Below, piece after piece: positions 10,271-23,670 of a stretch of 64,000 bases of DNA. The DNA comes from Camelus dromedarius (taxonomy: Eukaryota): the NCBI RefSeq assembly GCF_036321535.1, contig NC_087445.1, positions 62,870,001-62,934,000 on the forward strand, in the 5' to 3' direction. The stretch's first letter is position 1. Every line of letters starts with the position of its first letter. The translations under genes and the position numbers were made by a program. The notes beneath the pieces were generated by a model. It saw only the letters and a list, made by a program, of their open reading frames with translations, was not told the origin of the DNA and did no database searches.

Positions 10271-13194
10271 CTCCTCCCAGCTAACATCCTCTCTGCAGAG
10301 GAGGCCCCACACACAATGAGCGTGCTGTTGATGGTTTCTGAGGAGCGAGAGTAAGAAGAGGCATTTCTTTATTCTAGGTCTGGCGCTGGGGCATCTGTCT
10401 CTCAGCTCCTGTCAGGCTCCCAGTGACCTGTGGGTGCAGCAGCTCTTACTGTCCCAGTAATCCTTACAGAGAGCAAGGGTGGGGTCAGAGGAGTGATACC
10501 AGCCCGGGTCCCCCAGACAGAAAGCAGTGGAGCAGATCGTCTCGAACTCGGAATCCCAAGCTTTGCCCGCTGACCTCCCTTACCCTACCCCTCACTCTCA
10601 GCTCCTGCGTCAGATCCCCCCACTCACAAGGCCACACAGAAAGAGACACTGATAGGCAAGGACCCACTTCCTATATGAGAATTTGCACAGCTCAATTTAT
10701 GGCTCTATAAATCACGGGAACGACACCTAATTTCCCCTGTCAGGATAAACTTCGCTTTTCAAGCCATTCTCCCCTGAATGATGAGAGCCCGACAGAACAG
10801 CTTGTTAATCTGGGCGACAGGGGGAAGATGCTTAGAGTCAGCCAGACTCTTTCTTGCCACACTTACCTCTGTTAATGAAAAAATATTAAAGAAATAAATA
10901 CACAACCCACTGAGAGGCTTCTGCACGGGGCTCTGTCAGCTGTTTTCCAAGATGTGCAGAGACAAGATGATGGGGTTATATGATCCCCAGGCAAGGAGTT
11001 ATTTTTCTTGTCAGTTCACTCTGTATTTCAGCTCCCATCCACCTTATGTAGAGGATGGAGAGCTGGGTTTTAAAGCATTAAAAATGACAGTGAGTATTTT
11101 TGAGCATACCTATATGCCAGACACAGGGCTCGGTGTTTGCCACAAAGTCATTTCACTTGCACAATGCCACAAACTGGGTACTTCCATCACTCCCATTATA
11201 CAGAGGGTGAGACTGAGGCCCCAGGGAGTCTGGGTTCCTGTCCTGTGTCACATAGCCAATATGTGGCAGAGCAAAATTCAAACTCAAGAGCCTCAAATTC
11301 CAAAGCCTAAATGTTTCACCACTATGAGCTTATTTATTCTTCATAATAAACCCAGGTATCAGGTTGCATTGTCTCCATGCAATCTTTGAAAAAATTGAAC
11401 CTTTAAAAAGTTTGGGGCTCAAGTGATCAAGTGACTTGAACAATGTCACTAATCTAGGATGATTCAGAGTTAGGATTCAAACACAGAGCTGATTCCAAAG
11501 ACTGATTCATTGGAAGTATTTTTCCCAAATACCAAAGACAGTATTTTTTTCTAAACACTGACTTATTTTTCCTAAATACTAAATACTGAAGAAGCAGGAG
11601 TTGAGGTGCATGCATATTCTCAGGAGGAGACAGGGTGACCAGTCAACCAAATCCTCATGGGCCAGAACAACACTCCAAAGTTGTTTCCAGGGACATGAGT
11701 TCAATAGGATATTTACTGACTTTGAGTTTAAAAAAAAAAAAAAAAAAAGGAGGTGGTGGGGGAAGTCGTCTCTGAGGTCAAATAAGTTTGGAAAAGACTA
11801 GATCAAAGAAAATCAAATAGATTGTTCTACACAGAATTTTTCAGAGCCACACATATGCTAATGGTCACTGGGAAGCCCTAAGAAGGGAATGTATAAAATG
11901 CAGCATTTCCCAAACATATTTGTCCATGGAGCTTTTTTGGTTCTCTGCACGGCATCTGAGGATCTGGCGCCCTGCAGAGTCGTTTCCGTGTGACGCTAAT
12001 CTACGTTCTGAACTGGACACAAAGCCCTCGGCCAGCCAAGAGCTCCTCAGGAAGCTCACCCCGGCTCCGTCGGTAACTGCGCAACTTTGGCCAAGTCAGT
12101 CTCCCTTTCTGGTTATCTCATCTATAAAATAAGGGTTTCGGTGTTCTTATGTCAGAGGCCCCGAACTTCCTCCGACACACGAGTGCGAGAAGTATGTGTG
12201 GCTCCCACGGACACTGGTCCAACTCAGGCACCCAGCTCAGGCCCCGGGCCACTCTGAGGGCCTGAGCCCACTCCTACTGGCCTCTCTGGCCGCAGATCCT
12301 GCCACACCCTGCTCGACGGCTGTGGGGCGTCTGGATGGCCTTGTGCTGCTGTCAGGCTCCCCCAAATCTCTGCTTCTTCTGCCAGCATCACCTCCTGCCA
12401 CCAAGTTTTTCATACTCTATTCTCCAGCTATGCTCGTCTCATCTCTTGATTTTTACATGCTATTTCCATTCCTTGGAACACTCTTACCCCATCCAGTAAT
12501 TTCCTCCATTGACTAACCCATCAGCTTTCAGCTTAGAAACCACCTCTTGCAGGCAGCACTCCCTGCCTGACCCTCCCACAACTGGGATAGACCCCTTCTT
12601 TCATAACACATCTCTTCCTACCTTCTATCATAAAACGTATTTTACTGTGTTATATTTCATAGTCTATTTCATTACCTGTCTGTCTCTCCTAATAGGCTCT
12701 GTACAAATTGAGGTTGGAGTCCTGTCTGCTTTGTTTACTGTTTAATCCCTGGGCCCTGACCTACAGTAGGAGCTCAGTAATTGATTTATAAATTGGTATA
12801 CCATAAATTAATTAATGTTAAGAACATGAATCCTGTCACACCTTTCTCCCTTTGCCTCCTACTCGCCTTGGCTTGGAAGATTTCTCCTCTGTCTGGGACC
12901 AGAGAGAAATTCTGCACTCTTAACCTCTGCATACTCCTACCAGATGCTAACTTCACCCCTGAGACCAGCCCAGGAGATCTAAGAGCCAAGACTCTTGACA
13001 TAAAAATCTTCTACATCTTCCAGTAAAATATGGAAGGGCTTTTTGAGCTTTTGGTACAAAGCATCCCAAATATCAGAAGGGACAACTGCAAAATTACTTT
13101 GAAGTCTCTTTCTTAAATATTTATGCAAATTACATATTCTACTCCACAATAAACTCTGGCTGGCTTTAACATTGAAACAATGGAGTTTTTCCCA

Positions 13195-13385
13195 AAGTGT
13201 TTCTCACAGTGTGATCCCTGGACCTCTTGTCTCATTAATGACCTGAAGCGCTTGTTAGAAATTCAGATTCCCAGGCTAAACTCATAACCACTGAATCAGA
13301 ATCTTGGGGAGAAGGACCCCAGCACTTGTGATTGAAAATATTCCCAGGTGACGCCTAGGTACTATTAAGTCCGAGAATCTCCAGT
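13195..13385. mobile_element. MER5A-like hAT element
   Basis: gcttgttagaaattcagattcccagg...actgaatcagaatct core. A similar copy lies near 22230-22410. Confidence 0.7.
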
Positions 13386-13740
13386 CTCTTTATCTTGTGG
13401 TTTTGGATATATCCTCACATACCACAGTGTGTCCCTCTGAGTTAAGAGTGCTCCAGTTTGAGAATAACAACCTTCAGGATCTTAATAGATGCCGTTCAGG
13501 CATTAGATACAAGGGATGGTTTGGTGGGCACATTTGAACTAAACAACCCTGTTGCTTTGGCCAAGGGTAGTGGGACCAATATTGGCCCAAACTGGATCAA
13601 TCACATCCTTTATGGAAATTTAGATTCTGATGTTCGTTGCTCTCTCTGAGTGCTTGAACTGGGATGAAATACAAAGCTAGACTTGGCGAGGCTCATCGTG
13701 TTGAGCTACGTGCATGGAAACCAGAAAAGGTGGGGGTGAT

Positions 13741-13901
13741 GGGAGGGAGAGAGGGAGAGAGGGAGAGAGAGAGGGAGAGAGGGAGAGAGGGAGAGAGGGA
13801 GAGAGGGAGAGAGGGAGAGAGGAGAGAGGGAGAGAGGGAGAGAGGGAGAGAGGGAGAGAGGGAGAGAGGGAGAGAGGGAGAGAGGGAGAGAGAGAAGGAA
13901 A
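13741..13901. repeat. Pure polypurine (GGGAGAGA)n repeat, about 160 bp
   Basis: Only G and A on the plus strand, with an 8-mer unit and occasional slippage. It explains the spurious ERGREG/SLSPSLP ORFs. Confidence 0.97.
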
Positions 13902-15632
13902 CTGGGAAAGCTCTAGTGCAGAGAGAAGCAGAGATGTTAGGCTCCAGGTTTACTGCTGAGAGTGGCTTCTTGGATGCCAGGACCTCCACTGTGCTCTCTG
14001 TCCTTGAGTTACAGGAGAAATCACTATAACATTGTAATAATTTATCCACTCTTTGCTTAGACAGTTTTAGTGGGTTTCTATTCCTCACCAATAAAAGAGG
14101 TTTGACTAAGACAAGCATAGATACCGTTTCTTAGCCTGGCATACAGGGCCTTTCGCAGAGTGATGCCAAACAATCTCTTCAGTCTCATACCCCACTATTC
14201 TAGTCTGCCCTAGTCCTACCAACCATGGCTGTATTAAACCACCTGTCACGGACCAGACAGGCAACAAACTTTGAGGCCACTGTTTCTTTGCACATAGTTT
14301 TCCTCCAGCCTGCAGCGCCTTAACTCCATTCTGCCTTTAAGCAAATCACACTCATCATTTGAGACCCATGACAACTACAATCTTCCCTGGAAACCTTTTT
14401 CTGAGTTCCCAACAGAACTGAAGGCCCCAACTGCCCCGTGCACAATACGTCTGCTAGTGAACTACAATATTTTATACAATTATTTGTATGTCTGTCCTCT
14501 CCACTGAACTTTGTGTTCTTTGCCTTATTTTATCAAAAGCTCCTTGCACAAGGCCTGGCCCAAAGGAGGCACTCCATAAATGCTGCATGAATAAGTGTTG
14601 CATGAATGAGTGGTAAACTCTGAGGATTAGAAGACTGGGAGCTCTTTGGATGTCTCATCTGTGTTATCCCAGTAGACCTACTCAGTCATCAGGGCAAGAG
14701 ATTGTGCTCACATTGTTTCAAACTATCTCCAGACCATTTGTCCTGCCTGTCACTGAGCTGATAGCGATTGGGAAAGTGATGAATAGCAGACCAATTATGA
14801 GCAATAGGAAACATCAGTTATAACTCCAGGGAGAAGACGCAGCCATATCAGTAGCCTCATCCATCTCCTTGTGAGTCATCTTCCCAAGGCATCTTGCCCT
14901 GTGACCTCGAACTGCCAAGGGCTTCTTAGCCTTGTACAAATCCAAGTTCTTCAGAGGACGGCTCCTCCTCTCAGCCAGTCTCCTGCAAGGCGTTGCTCCT
15001 GGCCCACTCAGTTCTGGAAGGGGAAACCTGGATGGGACTCACACACTTCTCCTAAGGGAAGCCTTCAGCCAAGGATCCCAGCCCCACCCAATAGACAAGA
15101 CCTGTCTTCTAAGGCCTGCTGTCCTGTGACAGATAGTAACTCCTCTCCCCTGTGTGAGAACATCTGGAGATGAGAGGCGGGTGGGAAGGTTTCAAGTGGA
15201 GGATTTGTCCAAGATTGTGGAGTTTATGTTGCTAAATGCTAGCTTAAGTTAATGGTGAGTTCCTGAGTAAAGGACTGCAAAATTTCCCTTCTGTGGCCAC
15301 CGGTGACCTCATTTTTCCAGTACGCCCATTTTCCCTTGGGAGGCATCTGAGGGAGGTAGTCTCTCCAGCTGGTGGGGCTTCCATGGTTGGAACTGTGGGT
15401 GGGGGCAGGGAAAGAAAGGTCAGAGGACAGGAGGGGACATGCTTAGTCTAGACCCACACTGAGTTTATCTTTGCCTTTGAAAAGGCTCCTTGGAAATCTG
15501 GCTAAGGAAGCTCTGAAAAGAGGGAAGATTTCCACCAGGTTCACTGTAGCCATATTTCTGTCCTGATAAGTTGGACTCTGAGAAGTCTTGGTCCCTTAAC
15601 CCAGCAAAGGACATTACATATGCTGGAGGGAC

Positions 15633-15845
15633 AGCAGAGCGTGGAGGTTAAGAGTACAATCTTTGGGACCAAACCCCTGGGTTCAGATCTTAGTCTGATT
15701 ACTAAGCAAACAGATAGAAGTGACTTCAATTCTCTGTGCTTCATTTCCCACATGTGTAAAATGAGGAGGTAGTAACAACCACCTCAATAAACCTCAATAA
15801 AGAATGGTGTAAGGTTCATTTATAAAGTGCCTAAAGTAATGCCAG
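15633..15845 (+). mobile_element. MIR SINE (representative of many MIR fragments across the window)
   Basis: gtggaggttaagag...ctgggttcagatc...ctctgtgcttcatttcccacatgtgtaaaatgagg core. Confidence 0.8.
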
Positions 15846-18769
15846 AACCACCCATGCGCCCCCACGTACACACATATTTGATAATTAAAGAGCACTGATA
15901 AAGCTCTGAACTTTTTCTCTAAATGGAAGCAAGATAATGATTATGAATTATCATCATTTATTATGAATGTACTAGAGTTGTTATCCACAATTACTTACAG
16001 ACAAAAGTGATTCTAGGCTTATCTAGTCTCATAATTAGTTTTATTCTTCTCAATATTTTTCCAACAGGGAAAATATGTCATTAGAACCAACTATGGGGAA
16101 GTATGCTTTTCCTGCTCTCTGTGAACTGACTCCTCTTTTGGTTCATCCATTGGTGGGTGCCTGAGGGTAAGGCAATTACATTTATTGTACACCTACTCGG
16201 CACTGGATGCTTTAATCAGAAGCAAGAGCAGAAGCAAAAGAGTGAAGGAGGAAAAGAAAGAGGAGGAAGATGAAGACGACAAAGGAAGAGGGAAGAAGCT
16301 GCAATTAATATTGATCGAGTCTCTAATCACACAGGGCACTGCTAAGTGCTTTGCATATATAATCTTATTTAACCTAACAGCAACTCTGAGTTCAACGCTG
16401 TTACCAGCCTCACTGAGATTCTGAATAATTAAGTTATAGCTCCACAGGATGGGGTAAAATAAGAATGTAAGCCTAGGTCCATCTGATTCTTACACTGCTC
16501 TTCTTTACAGCTGTCTTCTGATATAATATCCAGAATTAATCTACGCAGCAAGTCCAGATTAATGTGACAGATATGAAAATAAAGTTCAAGTAGGCTAAGT
16601 CACTTGTTCATGAACATCCAACAGGTTAAGCATATAATCTGGAATTCAAATCTAGATCTGATTGATTCAAAAGCTTGGGCCCTTTCAATAGTAACTCACT
16701 AGAACACCTAAAGCTTCAAAATCTCACTAACAAGTCTGTTTACTTTGAATGTAACTCATACCCTTCTGAAAATTAAAAAAAAAAGTAAATAAATATACCT
16801 ATCTATATAAAATATGTAAGTATGTATCTGTACCAATATACCTACTTATAAATATGTATCTAAATCCCCATTTTCTCCAGCTCCCCTCACAACAGGTATC
16901 TACACATCTGAGGGACACGGACTATGGAGAAGCACTATGGGGGGATGGGCAAAGCCTCATCAACGTGTACGCCCCACCCTCAAGCAGCTACCACGCTTCC
17001 GTTTCCTGGCATTCCCTCTGAGTTTCTGACGGGAAGCAATATTTTCTGGAAAAGACTCAGCTTGGGCAAAGTACAGTCGAAAGAGCCAAGCCCAAGCTCT
17101 TTTAAGAATGATTGATGCTTCTAAAAAATAGTTGAGAAGAGGGTTTTGGATTGTGTGCACAGGTCTTTGTTAAGTTTTGTGACAGGAATCTCAATCAGGG
17201 GGTGTAACAGAAGTCAGCTTCCAAAAGGCTGAGAAGTGACTAAGAGGTGAGGATGGAGCAAGGCATTTTACCGTCAAGGAAAGGTGAAGAAAAAGACAGT
17301 GACAGGAGGTGACTCTAGAAGAAAGGCTACTCAACGCCAGAACAGGCTTGCCAGTGTCCGAGTGTGGAGGAAGGAGCCAATGATGGGGCAGCCTCTATCT
17401 TAACACGTTGAGACCACAGGCTATGGAACCAGACAGACGTGCATTTAAGTCCTGGTTCCATAACTACTGGCTGTATGATGCCAATAAGATAAGAGATTTT
17501 TCCCCTTGAGCTTCTGTTTCCTTTAGTGAGCCAAAAATTAGGTTTTTGAATACTATGGGCATGATATTAAAGATAGAAGCTACTGTGACCCAGGGCAAAT
17601 CCAAAAGTCTGGAAGCAAGAGACTTGGCTTCCACCCTGAATTCTGTAGGCAAGTAGGGCAGTCCCTGTGTGTTCTAGCCTCTCTCCTCATAAAGCATACA
17701 TCAAGAGGGACAGAGGCATACTGGAGTTCTTTCAGGGGTCAACATTCGGGATGGCTGGGCTAGGACTGAGTCTGAGGAAAGCAGCAGATCCGTGTGACGA
17801 AAAACTATTGAAAGAACTGGGGATGATTACCAGAAGAGAAGTCCAGCAGAGACCTAAGATGCCTTCAAATATCTGACTTAGAACCAGGAGAGAGGCCAAA
17901 CTTTTACTGAGTTACTTCTGTGAGCCAAACATTGCTACAAAGCACCTTACTGGATTTAGTTAATCTGCAGAACAATTCTATAAGGTAGATATTATTAATC
18001 CCATTTTACTGATGAGAAAATAGAAGCTTAAAAACTTAAGTAATATGCCCAAAGGCACAGAGAAATTTTGTAGCAAAGCTGGTATTTGAACCCTCATCTC
18101 TGATTCCAATGTGCTCTGTCTGATAAGTCAGGAGATAAGTTCATCTCAGTATAGCACCGACAGATGGAACTGGAAACCACATGGACAGGGCACGCTGTAC
18201 AGGAAAATATTTTAGCTCAATATAAAGAAGGATGTTCTAATAATGAGAGAACAGGCTGCTTAGGGATCACTGAGCAAGCTTTTCCTGGGAGTATTCAAAC
18301 ACGGGCTCCTGCAGGGAGAAAAGAATTTAGCAACAGACTAGGGTTGGACTGGATGCCTGGATAATGATCACCTCTTCTACTGAGTTGGCCTGCTCCTTCT
18401 TTTTCATAGACACTCTTTTGGTCATAAAATGTAGTAACACAATGTGGGAGAGAAGAAGTGGGGGGGAACAAGAGGAAGAGCAGGAAGGGAGGGGAAGACA
18501 AGTAGGAGCTTGTCTACACTCAGCACTTACTATGTACCAGGTGCCCATCTCATTTAACACAATAACCTCAGAAGTTAGGTATTATTGTTATTATTCCCAC
18601 ATCATACCTGAGGGAAGTAAGGCTCAGAATCCCCTGCCAAAAGCCACCCAGAAGAAAGGGAACAGTCAGGACCTGATGGCAGATTTGACCAGCATCAGAG
18701 ATAAACTCTTACCTATTATAGTAAAGAGCTCAAATTGTCCTGTTAGATCACCTTGTTCTACAAAGTCTA

Positions 18770-19305
18770 CCAATACTGGTGATGATGGGTTGCCAAAAAA
18801 ATCATGGCAGGTCAAGCCTCCAGACCTAACTACAAAGTCACAAGAAATACAGGGGCAGAGGAACATGCTAAATAATACTGTGGGGCTGCCATGAGCAAAA
18901 TCCCCTGGGAACTATGCCCAGTTTTCTTGACAAAATATCACAAGGAATAAAAAGAGCATTGGAGGAGGAAATCCGTAGATTAAAAGAGATTTAATTATCA
19001 GCCAATCACAATGTTTGGCTATTATTTAGATCTTAATGTGAACAAACTGGTGCCAAAAATGTAAGACAATCTGGTAAACATGAACAATGACTAAACATTT
19101 GATGGTATAGAGGAATTGATAGTTTAGAGAGCAAGGCAATGGTATTGATATTTTTTTAAGTCCTTATATTTTAGAAATATGAACTTTAATATTTACATAT
19201 ACAACTGTATAATGTTTGAGGTGACAGAGTAGTAGCTTGTGATAGGTACAATGAGGTTTACTATACTAGTCTCTCTGCTTTTGTATATATTATACTTTTT
19301 TAAAC
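18770..19305 (+). mobile_element. Ancient L1 (L1MC/ME-like) 3' fragment
   Basis: aagaaatacaggggcagaggaacatgctaaa...ccttatattttagaaatat...tactagtctctctgcttttgtatat. Confidence 0.65.
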
Positions 19306-20489
19306 TAAATTGGTTTGGGTTGGGTAGCAGAATATACAGAAATCTGACAATGTTCTCCCAAATGGGAAAACTCAGAGATGAATTTAAAAAAGAAAAGAAA
19401 CATGTGCTGCAAGGAGAAGCCAATTCCTTGAGGGCTTCTCCTCCTCTCAGGACTCAAATGTATGTCCTGGAACCCTTCTGCTCAAAAATGCTAGGAATGA
19501 CCAGAGAAGGCTCTGCACAGATCGCCTGACCGTGTAACAGTACAAACTCACACTGTTTTCAACCACATCTGCCTGATGAATTGTGAGGCACATCTGGAAT
19601 GACTTCTTTTTTTTTTCCTTCTCAGATTAGAGAGAAATAGAGAGAGTTGAATTGTTTGTAAATTCTCTCTGGGCCCTTAGCATCACTGCTGACTGAAGTT
19701 TCCTAGTGACCCAAGAAGAGACCCCTGTGAACAGACAAAGCACCCCCAGGGATGGGGCCTTCAGCTTGCTCTGTTCCTTGGAAGCCCAGCACTGCCCTGA
19801 CTGCATGTCACTCTAAGATAAATGATGGTTGTGTGATGGATGAGTGGTGGTGGGACAGCTGGGAAAGGGATTCCAGTCGTGGCTCTGACATGTGTTAGCC
19901 CTGTGCGGCTTCAGAGGGTGGTACCCACCTTTTCTGAGCCTCAGTTTCCTAATCTGTAAAACGAAGATAAACATCGATACCTTCATAGGTCTACTGAGAG
20001 GACTAACGGAGCTAGTATATGTGAAAGCACACGTGTGCATGCCAATGCAAGTTGGTTACTCATTTTTTCACTTTCATTTATTCTCATTAAAATATATATT
20101 TATGGAATGTCTACTATGAGTCACTTTACTAGAAGATGTTGGTGCACTGCTGAGCAAAAGTTTGTCCAGACCTTGGTCTCATGGAGTTTAGCTCTTAATG
20201 TATAGGAAAATATTTTGACTCAGTATCAGAAAGGATATTCTAGAAGGAGGGGGAGACAGGATGCTTACGGATCACTGAAAAAGCTGTTACTGGGAATGTT
20301 CAAACACAGGTTCCATAACACTTGCGAGGTGTGGCAGAAAGGAATCAAGCAGACCAGGGCCGGTCTAGATGCCTTCATTCTTGAGTTTACCTGTTCTTTC
20401 CTTCGCATTGGCACTGCTGTCATCATAAAATGAAACAATAAAATGTGGAGGAGGAGGAGACGCCGATATTAATCAAACAATTAGAAAAC

Positions 20490-21030
20490 ATTCATTAAGG
20501 CATAATTATAAACTATGATAATTGCTATGAAAGAAAGATAAAAAGACTCAATAAAGTAAGTAAACAAACAGACAGGGGGATCTTATCAAATCTAGAAGCC
20601 TCAGCAATCTGATGGGTGAACAGTAGTTCACTTAGTGGAAAGAAGAAACAGGAGGGGGTGAAACAAGTTCCAAGTAGAGGGAACAGCATGTGCAAAGGCC
20701 CTATGGCATGACAAAGCACAGTTTCGGAAAGTGGGAGATCACTGTGACTTGAGCACAAAAAGCAAGAAGGGAACAGGTACGAGATGAGCTGTAAGATAGA
20801 AGGGCTGGTCCAAGCAGCCCCTTGGAGGCCACGGTAAGCTCCTTGTTCTGGATCCTATGAGCAACTGGAAGCCAGTTAAGAGTTTTCACTGGTAAAATGA
20901 TGTGAGCAAGTTTTAATTTTGAAAATATCATTCTGGCTACCAGGAAGAAAATGAATTAGAGGGGACGAGGGTCACAGCCAGTTAGGAGGCTACTGAAATA
21001 GCTCAGGCAAGACTTGGACTAAAATGAGTA
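20490..21030 (-). mobile_element. L2 fragment
   Basis: gggaacagcatgtgcaaaggccc...aagccagttaagagtttt...gttaggaggctactgaaata is the reverse complement of the L2 3' region. Confidence 0.75.
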
Positions 21031-23470
21031 AAAAAGTAAACTTAATTGAGAAGTTTCTAAGACAAAAAATCTATAGGGTTTTTTTTTTAATGTGTTGTAG
21101 TTTCCGGGGTGGGGGGGTGGGTGAGTGCAGGAAGAGCAGAGTTACCAAGGATGTCTCACTGGTTTCCAGACTAGAAGAACTGAGATAGAAAACACCATTA
21201 AAAGAGAGGCAAAGTCATTTGTGGCAAATGTAGTGTCTGCAGGGGTTACAAGTGATGAGAAGCCAGTGTATTTCCACTATATGGAGGGAACCGACCCTAG
21301 AATGAATGGGAGTGAATCTGTGTAGACTGCAGAAGTTGTCTGTTCTTGCAAATATTTTGGCCACTGAGTAAAAGAAATGAAGACTCAGTAGTAGCTGGAG
21401 AAGGTACTATTAGGCAATGATGGTCTCCTTAGTACACATTAAACTTCCATTTTTTAACACTTTGTCAAAAAGTTGAAGGGAAGTAGCTAAGGAGAGAGAG
21501 AGTATAACAAAGTGAGAAAAAGCTGAAATGCTTGGGTCAAACCTGGCTCCACCAGTTCCTACTTACAGGACCTTCGGACAAGTGATTCTCTGTGCTTCAG
21601 TTTTCCCAAGGGGAAAAGAAAGATAACAGGAGGACCCACCACGTGGGGTTGATGAGAGGGTTCAGTGAACTAAGCACACAAGGTGCTTGAGCTGAGCTCT
21701 TGGCACAAGTGAAGTGCTCAGTAAATGGTTGTTCTTTAAAGTATCAGGAAAAGACATTGTGATCTTCTTTTTGTCACATTTGCTAACTAGATTCAACGTC
21801 CCATGGAGGGGACGTGGGGGAAGCTCTACACTCTGACACGCAAAAATGTCTGCATTTGCTAAGTCTGTATGCCTTGCATATCTTACTGCATCTGGTAGTT
21901 TTCTGGTCACATGCAATAGCTCTGTTTTCCAGTTTTGCAAGTAGGCAAGCCAAGCATTAAGTTCCTCTTCTGTAATTGACCATGAGCGTGTTGAGTAATA
22001 TGTGGATTATATCCCCCTCTTTTCTTTGATCTTCCCTCTTGCCAAGAACCGCCTGACAGTCTGGTTCCTGGCCAGTTCACCTCCTTCTCATAATGCTCCG
22101 ACGGAGAGGAAGTGGCCCACAATAGCAGAGATTTACATCAGATTATAAATACTTGACTTTCTTAATCCCTAAGCATGGAATTCCCTGAAGGAATTTCAGA
22201 ATGAGAAAGTCACATGAACTGTGGTTTTGGGCAGTGGTTCTCAAGCTCACCTGGGAAACTTGTGAAAATGAAGATTTCCAGCCTCACCCCGCCCCTAACC
22301 CCAGACAAGCAGAATCAGGAGGAGGAAGCCAGGAATCTGCATTAAAAAAAAAAAAAAATGCTTCCTCCAACCCAGGTGATCCTGACTGACTCTGTCATGT
22401 TCTGAGAGCCAAGCCTCTACACTCCACTAGGCATGCCTGACCTAATTCTGTTTTATGTATTTCACCCTTTGCCTTTTAATATATTATATTATTTACTATT
22501 CTGATTGTTTACGTCTTCCACATACATTTCAGTAGAAATTTTAAGTCTCCAGATGGTCAAAATATACGCCAATTTTGCTCTCTGATGTATCCCAAAAGCC
22601 CAAGGACAGCACCTGGCCCATAGGAGACCCTTAATTAATAGTTGTTAAAATTCTTTGAATTGAGCCCGCACCTTCCCAGACATCCCATACATGGACTTCT
22701 GCCGTGGACACTCCAACTAACTAGTCCGTTTATCTTAGCATTCTTCAACATTTGGGTCAAAAACATTTAGAAAATTTGCTGACGCCATGTATCTTTTTTC
22801 CAGAAAACAACTACAGTGATACATAATTCTGCATAAACTTTCTGGAGATCCAATGACCCTTTAAAATCAGTGATCTGCAGACCCCAAATTAATAAGCCTT
22901 GCCATTAAACCAGCCCTGGTCCCTGCAATTCACCCTGCAACTGCTGTTGGTATAGTTATTATCCTAAAATTCACATCTAGTTATGTCCTTCCCTTGACCA
23001 CAAATCTTGAAGAGCTCCCTGTAGTTTACATGGTACCTTAGCCCAGCATTCAAAGTTGTCCACAACCCAGTCTTCTGCGTATCACTTCTCCAGTTTTATC
23101 TCTCCCCAGTTTTTTAGACCTGTTGTAAGTATGATTGACTAAACACATACATTTTTGGACACAGGCTTCCAGGGTTTGAATTCTGACCTCACAAGTCACT
23201 AGCTGTGTGATGTTACATAATTTACCTAAGTACTCAGATTTTTTTTTTAATGTTTAATTTGTGAAATGGGCATAATAGTGCCTACTGCAAATGTGCCAGG
23301 GGATAGAGTGAGACAACATGTACGAAAACAGATGAAGCACTTTTAAAATGCCAGGCATAGAGCAGGCACTTGATAATTGCTGGGCTTTATTCCTCTGTTC
23401 TGTATGTTTGGCACATAGTGTTTGAAAGAACTTTCCTTCTCCTTCTTTTCTGGTATATCTTAGCCTACAC

Positions 23471-23670
23471 CAAGGTTGGTCATGAATTTTTTTTTGCGAA
23501 GGACTAGAGTAAATACTTTTGGCTTTTGTATGTCCTGCTGTCTTCTACGGCGACTGCTTAACTCAGCCACTGTGGCAGGAAAGCAGACGTAGACGACACG
23601 TAGACAAATAAGTGTGGCTGCGTTTCATCAAACAGATGGCACGCTGGCTTTCACCCACAGACCAGAGTTG
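23471..23670. mobile_element. MER58A-like hAT element
   Basis: agtaaatacttttggcttt...actcagccactgtggcaggaaagcag...gtgtggctgcgtttca. Confidence 0.65.

Noticed and set aside
13664..14118. ERGREG- and SLSPSLP-repeat ORFs
   Set aside because: These are translations of the GA microsatellite.
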